Below are positions 61,703 through 64,000 of a DNA stretch of 64,000 nt, piece by piece. The notes beneath the pieces were generated by a model. That model was not told the DNA's origin. It searched no databases and was given only the letters and a program-made list of their open reading frames with translations. The translations under genes and the position numbers were made by a program. Origin of the DNA: an uncultured Thermoproteaceae archaeon (GTDB lineage Archaea > Thermoproteota > Thermoprotei > Thermoproteales > Thermocladiaceae); NCBI GenBank assembly GCA_964575955.1, contig CAZNTG010000006.1, positions 288,001 to 352,000 on the forward strand, given 5' to 3'. Every line of letters begins with the position of its first letter. The first letter of the stretch is position 1.

Positions 61703-61747
61703 TGATGTTTTCGCGCTCTGATAGATGAGGAAGGGTCAATTTGCTGA
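61699..61747 (+). ncRNA. C/D box sRNA between hisE and hisH
   Basis: GTGATGA-TGTTTTCGCGCT-CTGA-TAG-ATGAGGA-AGGGTCAATTTG-CTGA; the hisE stop TGA lies within box C. Confidence 0.87.
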
Positions 61748-62359
61748 CTATCTCCTACATAGATCTATGAAATTCTTTAACAATTTTAAACCATTCTTAC
61801 TACTTCTCTCAGGATGGAATTGTGTACCAAGTATTAGATTTTTCTCATCAAAAAGTATACTTAAGAATTCCGAATCTTCAAATGTTGTAATTCCAAGTTT
61901 AATACTTTCATCAACATCATTAGAATATATACAATAGCTATGTGCAAAGTAGAAGTATGGTTCTTCAGGAAGGTCTTTAGTAAGGTCTGTCTTTCTAATA
62001 ATTTTAACACTATTCCAACCCATGTGTGGTATAACTCTAGATTTTAACAATCTCACTCTACCACTATACCATGACAAACCTTTAGAAGTACCTTCATCAC
62101 TACACTCAAACATTATCTGTAATCCAAGACAAATTCCAAGTATAGGTTTAGAACCTTTCAAATCTATAATACATGGTAATCTAGACTTTATATAGCTCAT
62201 AGCAGCATCAAAAGAACCAACACCTGGAAGTATCACAACATCACAATCATTCAATTTATCACAACTTTCAACTATTAAAGTCTCAATACCTAACTTTTTA
62301 AATGCATTAACAATACTTCCAATATTTCCAACACCATACTTAACAATACCAACAATCAT
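61748..62359 (-). CDS. hisH: Imidazole glycerol phosphate synthase glutaminase subunit
   Basis: PGVGSF, GICLGLQ, PHMGWN and QFHPE motifs. Confidence 0.94.
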   Translation of the reverse strand: MIVGIVKYGVGNIGSIVNAFKKLGIETLIVESCDKLNDCDVVILPGVGSFDAAMSYIKSRLPCIIDLKGSKPILGICLGLQIMFECSDEGTSKGLSWYSGRVRLLKSRVIPHMGWNSVKIIRKTDLTKDLPEEPYFYFAHSYCIYSNDVDESIKLGITTFEDSEFLSILFDEKNLILGTQFHPERSSKNGLKLLKNFIDLCRR

Positions 62360-62418
62360 GTATACCTATGCTCTAGTAATCAATTTTTTAAAGATTTTTA
62401 AACGATAAGTATTGAAGC

Positions 62419-63246
62419 TTGAATCAACACTACAATACTGTACTAATAATGAATGTTGAGAATATTAAAAGTGACATACTTAGAAGTGAAATTAAGCTAA
62501 AGTTAGAAATGTTTGAAAGAGATATTACTATAATTGGAGGAATACTAGTACTAACACCATTAATAATACTTCTAATATCATCACTATTTAATAGCAGTAT
62601 AATATTCATACTAATACCAATACTAGCAATACTATGTATACTATTCACAACCATTCTAGATAGAGAGTTAGAAGATATTATGAAACTCTTAACTGGATAT
62701 AAATTTAATATTGTTGAAAAATATAGGAAGTTTAGAAATAGGCTATATAGTGTATTTAAAAGTTTAGATGATTTTGAAAAAATATTATTTAAGTATGAGA
62801 TCTGCAATAGAATTACAGGTAATCTCAGTAGGGTAGAACCTTACAGTACGCTATATGATATGTGTATAATACCGAGTAAAAGTAGAGATAGTATAGATGT
62901 TATATATGTTGAAAATTATAGGAAGTTTATTATTAAGGAAATTAGGAGATTTGTTGTTAGAGTTTCTAGCTTATTTATGATGTGTATGATATGTGAAGGT
63001 ATATTAATGCCAATACTCTACGTTGTTCTCGTTAAAAGTTTAAATATTAATCCAAACATTACTAGTCTAATTGTTGGAATATTACCGACATTAGTAGTAT
63101 ATTTCTATCTTGGATATAGGATGTTTAGAATTTTTGAAAATAAGATTGGAATTGAGAGAAGTTTTATAGGTATATTCAAGAAATTTGCGATATTTTTCTC
63201 AATTATTGTTATGTTTTTTATATTTATTGTTTTGATATTTCTATAA
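62419..63246 (+). CDS. Hypothetical membrane protein
   Basis: About five hydrophobic segments; start uncertain. Confidence 0.55.
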   Translation: MNQHYNTVLIMNVENIKSDILRSEIKLKLEMFERDITIIGGILVLTPLIILLISSLFNSSIIFILIPILAILCILFTTILDRELEDIMKLLTGYKFNIVEKYRKFRNRLYSVFKSLDDFEKILFKYEICNRITGNLSRVEPYSTLYDMCIIPSKSRDSIDVIYVENYRKFIIKEIRRFVVRVSSLFMMCMICEGILMPILYVVLVKSLNINPNITSLIVGILPTLVVYFYLGYRMFRIFENKIGIERSFIGIFKKFAIFFSIIVMFFIFIVLIFL

Positions 63247-63258
63247 TTTTTAACTAGT

Positions 63259-64000
63259 CTATTCTTCCTTCTTCTCTTCCTCTTCTTTCTTCTCCTTTTC
63301 CTCTTTCTTCTCTTCTAGCTTGCTTGCTGCGATTATCTCATCAATTCTCAATATCATACATGCTGCCTCTACTGCTGCTTTTAGTGCCTGTATCTTTACT
63401 ACTAGTGGCTCTATTACGTTTAGTGCTACCATGTCTGTTACCTTTCCTGTGAATGCATCAATACCATATTTCCAACCTTCTGGCTCACTCTCATGTTTGT
63501 GTCTTAATTCTGTTAGTATGTCTACTGCGTCAAGACCTGCGTTTTCTGCTAATGTCTTTGGTATTACCTCCATTGCATTTGCAAATGCTTCAAGTGCATA
63601 TTGTTCTCTACCTCCAACTTTCATTGCTAGTTGTCTAGCTACTTTTGCTGCTTCCATCTCAACTGCTCCACCTCCAGGTACTACGTATGGATCCTCTATT
63701 ACGTCTGCTACAACGCTTAGTGCATCTATTAGGTTTCTCTCAGCTTCATCTACTAATCTTTCAAATCCTCCACGTATTACTATGCTTACTGCTTTTGGAT
63801 TCTTACACTGTTCTACAAATACCATCTTCTCATCTCCAACACGTCTCTCTTCTACAAGTCCTGCATATCCTAGATCTTCTGGCTTTAGATCTTCGATATT
63901 TGTTACCAATCTACCTCCTGTTGCTCTAACAAGCTTCTCCATATCGCTTCTCTTTACTCTTCTAACAGCTAGAATACCAGCCTTAGCTAGGTAGTACTGT
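63259..64000 (-). CDS. ths: Thermosome (group II chaperonin) subunit, C-terminal part
   Basis: ATGG, EAERNL.DAL, GGGA.E, LAENAG and ILRIDE motifs; frame continues past window end. Confidence 0.94.
   Translation of the reverse strand, partial: QYYLAKAGILAVRRVKRSDMEKLVRATGGRLVTNIEDLKPEDLGYAGLVEERRVGDEKMVFVEQCKNPKAVSIVIRGGFERLVDEAERNLIDALSVVADVIEDPYVVPGGGAVEMEAAKVARQLAMKVGGREQYALEAFANAMEVIPKTLAENAGLDAVDILTELRHKHESEPEGWKYGIDAFTGKVTDMVALNVIEPLVVKIQALKAAVEAACMILRIDEIIAASKLEEKKEEKEKKEEEEKKEE

Noticed and set aside
61725-61937. 70-aa ORF
   Set aside because: Its ATG is the C' box of the sRNA and the rest is antisense to hisH
63262-63316. Purine/pyrimidine-skewed low-complexity tract
   Set aside because: Encodes the Glu/Lys-rich thermosome C-terminal tail
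63320-63994. 224-aa plus-strand ORF and other antisense ORFs in the track (e.g. 32353-32742, 37596-38036, 46729-47151)
   Set aside because: They lie wholly opposite well-supported genes and have Ser/Ile-rich shadow composition
1-64000. CRISPR array, cas genes, transposases, integrases, tRNA or rRNA genes
   Set aside because: No regularly spaced direct repeats, no recognisable motifs, and no cloverleaf or long GC-rich structured region seen by eye

Overview
AT-rich, gene-dense archaeal chromosomal window. It is most consistent with a hyperthermophilic Thermoproteales-like crenarchaeon: PolB1, GINS23-MCM, fibrillarin, L7Ae with an N-terminal extension, scattered ribosomal protein genes and apparently leaderless genes. 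Content is mostly housekeeping: cobalamin (cbiG/cbiX/cbiD), purine (two purF-like, purD, purS, purL, guaB), pyrimidine, histidine, riboflavin, translation, proteasome/exosome and replication genes. Features not captured by the ORF track: nine complete and one partial C/D box guide sRNAs (several overlapping start/stop codons or antisense to gene ends, one fitting a tRNA-Val wobble target); a promoter-flanked GC-rich K-turn hairpin resembling atypical H/ACA-like pseudouridine guides; a 362-aa intein in MCM with a decayed LAGLIDADG region; and recurrent ~50-nt divergent spacers with one central TATA box. Other points of interest are a VirB2/TedC-like pilin candidate, a P-II gene coupled to a VIT-like membrane protein instead of amtB, and a GNAT-Zn-ABC ATPase fusion. 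No CRISPR array, transposase, tRNA or rRNA gene was seen. Product calls come from motif recognition only; sRNA targets are inferred from recalled consensus rRNA/tRNA sequences and are unverified.
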